A DNA stretch of 64,000 nt, taken from contig CM059432.1 of assembly GCA_030390025.1 (NCBI GenBank), forward strand, positions 85,624,001-85,688,000, in the 5' to 3' direction. The translations under genes and the position numbers were made by a program. Below, in pieces: positions 61,766-64,000 of this stretch; positions within the stretch are counted from its first letter, which is position 1; every line of letters starts with the position of its first letter. The notes under the pieces were generated by a model. The model did not search any database. It was not told the DNA's origin and was given only the letters and a program-made list of their open reading frames with translations. Source of the stretch: Squalus acanthias (taxonomy: Eukaryota).

Positions 61766-64000
61766 ATAGAGTCATAGAGTCATATCGGCACAGAAGGAGG
61801 CCATTCGGCCCATCGAGTCCATGCCGGCACTGTAGAGCAATCCAGTCAGTCCCATTCCCCCGCTCTATCCCCGTAGCCCTGCAAGTTTATTTCCCTCAAG
61901 TGCCTATCCAGTCTCCCCTTGAAAACATTGAGTGTCTCCGCTTCCACCACTTCCGTTGGCGGCGAATTCCAGGTCCTCACCAATCGCTGCGCAAAAAAGT
62001 TTTTCCTTACATCCCCCCTGTATCTTTTGCCCCAAACCTTAAATCTGTGTCCCCTAGTCCTTGTACCATCAACGAGTGGGAACAGCCTTTCCCCGTCTAG
62101 CCTATCCAAACCCGTCATAATCTTGTACATGTCTATCAAATCACCCCTCAACCTCCTTTGCTCTAATGAAAACAAATCCAGCTTCTCCAACCTGTCTTTG
62201 TAGCTAAGAACCCCCATCCCCGGAACCATTCTGGTAAATCTCCTCTGCACCCTCTCAAGGGCCTTCACATCCTTCCTAAAGTGTGGTGACCAGAACTGGA
62301 CACAATACTCCAGTTGTGGCCTAACCAGCACTTTATAAAGGTTCAGCATAACTTCTCTACTTTTGTACTCAATACATCTATTTATGAAACCCAAGATCCC
62401 ATATGCTTTGTTAACCACTCTCTCAATATGTCCTGCCAACTTTCAGGGACCTCTGCACATTAACTCCCAGGTCCCTCTGTCCCTGCACACTCTTTAAAAC
62501 TGTGCCATTAAGTGTATATTGCCTCTCCCTGTTCCTTCTGCCAAAATGCATCACCTCACACTTCTCTGTATTAAATTCCATCTGCCACTTGTCTGCCCAT
62601 TCTGCTAGCCTTTCTATGTCCTGTTGCAGTCAATTGGTATCATCATCACTGTTTGCCACACCCCCAAGTTTGGTGTCATTGGCAAATTTAGAAATTCTAC
62701 TCTGTATTCCAATATCCAAGTCATTTATATATATTTAAAAAAGCAGTGGCCCCAGCACTAACCCTTGGGGATCACCACTGTCTACCATCCTCCAGTCTGA
62801 AAAACAACCATTTACCACAACTCGCTGTTTTCTGTCCTTAAGCCAATTCCTTATCCAAGTTGCCACTGACCCACCTAGTCCATGACCCTCAATTTTGTTA
62901 ACCAGCCTTCTATGTGGTACTTTGTCAAACGCCTTCCGAAAATCCATGTAGACAACATCCATTGCATTCCCTTCATCAATCCTCTCTGTTACTTCATCAA
63001 AAAATTCAATTAGATTAGTCAAACACGATCTGCCTTTTACAAATCCGTGTTGGTTCTCCTTAATTAGCTTAAACCTCTCCAAGTGCCCGTTAATTTTTTC
63101 CTTGATTATTGTTTCTAAAACTTTACCCACCACTGATGTTAAACTGACCGGCCTGTAGTTACTAGGATTGTCCTAACACCATTTCTTAAACAATGGTGTC
63201 ACATTTGCCACTTTCCAATCCACAGGCACCTCCCCCGCATCTAGGGAAGATTGGAAAATTATGGCAAGCCCTTCCGCTATCTCCTCCCCCAATTCCCTTA
63301 GCATCCTGGGATGCAGGCCATCTGGACCAGGCGGCTTGTCCACTCTAAGCATACCCAGCCTTTCTAGTACATCCTGTCTATCAATTTTCACCCCTTCCAT
63401 TGCTTCTACCTTTTCCACTTCTACCGATATTTTGTTAGCATCCACCTCCTTAGTAAACACCGATACAAAGTACTCATTGAGTATTCTAACCTTGCCCAGC
63501 GCCTCTAAGCATATATCACGTTCTTTGTCCCTATTGGCTCCACCCCGCCTCTTACTACCCGCTTACTATTTACATGCCGGTAGAAGATTTTTGGGTTCCC
63601 TTTTATGTTAACTGCCATTCTACTCCCATATTCTCTCTTTGCCAATCTTATTTTCATCTTCACTTCCCTCAACTTATTGTATTTGGTCTGGTTCTCCCTT
63701 GAAGAATTCACCTGACATGCATCATACACCCTTTTTTTTTGTTTCATCAGCTTCTCTATCTCCCTCGTCATCCAAGGAGCCCTTGCTTTGGTTCCCTTAC
63801 CCTTCCCTCTTGTTGGAATGTACCTAGCCTGTACTTGAAACATCTCCTCCTTAAATATCACCCTTCCTAGTTGGGCCAAGAACATATTGGTCAAGGAAAT
63901 TCTCCTGAACACATTTCAGAAATTCCTCCCCCTCCTTTCCGTTTACCCTAGCATTATCCCAATCAATATTTGGGTGATTAAAGTCCCCCAATATCACCAC
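61766..64000 (-). mobile_element. CR1 LINE running off the window end, with an internal deletion near 63865
   Basis: RT motifs DFRKAFDKV, PGPDGLHP and YCVQFWSP; 3' tail CATAGAGTCATAGAGTCATA on the + strand. Confidence 0.93.

Overview
Eukaryotic (vertebrate) genomic DNA, most likely a cartilaginous fish; this is inferred from the repeat repertoire, not proven. The only host gene I can support is the large terminal coding exon of the Kv2 potassium channel KCNB2 (20215-22296, +), so 1-20214 is read as its last intron and the rest as 3'UTR/intergenic DNA. Most of the remainder is a deeply nested stack of decayed transposons: about nine CR1 LINE copies or fragments, L2 fragments, a Tx1/L1-clade element, a Gypsy LTR element with 136-bp LTRs and no integrase, a solo LTR, tRNA-derived SINEs, and a Penelope 3' end carrying a minimal hammerhead-ribozyme motif plus related palindromic remnants. 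There are also several two-gene PIF/Harbinger transposons (DDE transposase plus a spliced Myb/SANT-like gene, tail-to-tail) and many MITE derivatives with 3-bp TSDs. No rRNA, bona fide tRNA or CRISPR array was seen. I found no clearly novel biological system; the best candidates for follow-up are the hammerhead motifs and the Harbinger/MITE family. Family names come from motif recognition by eye, not from database searches.
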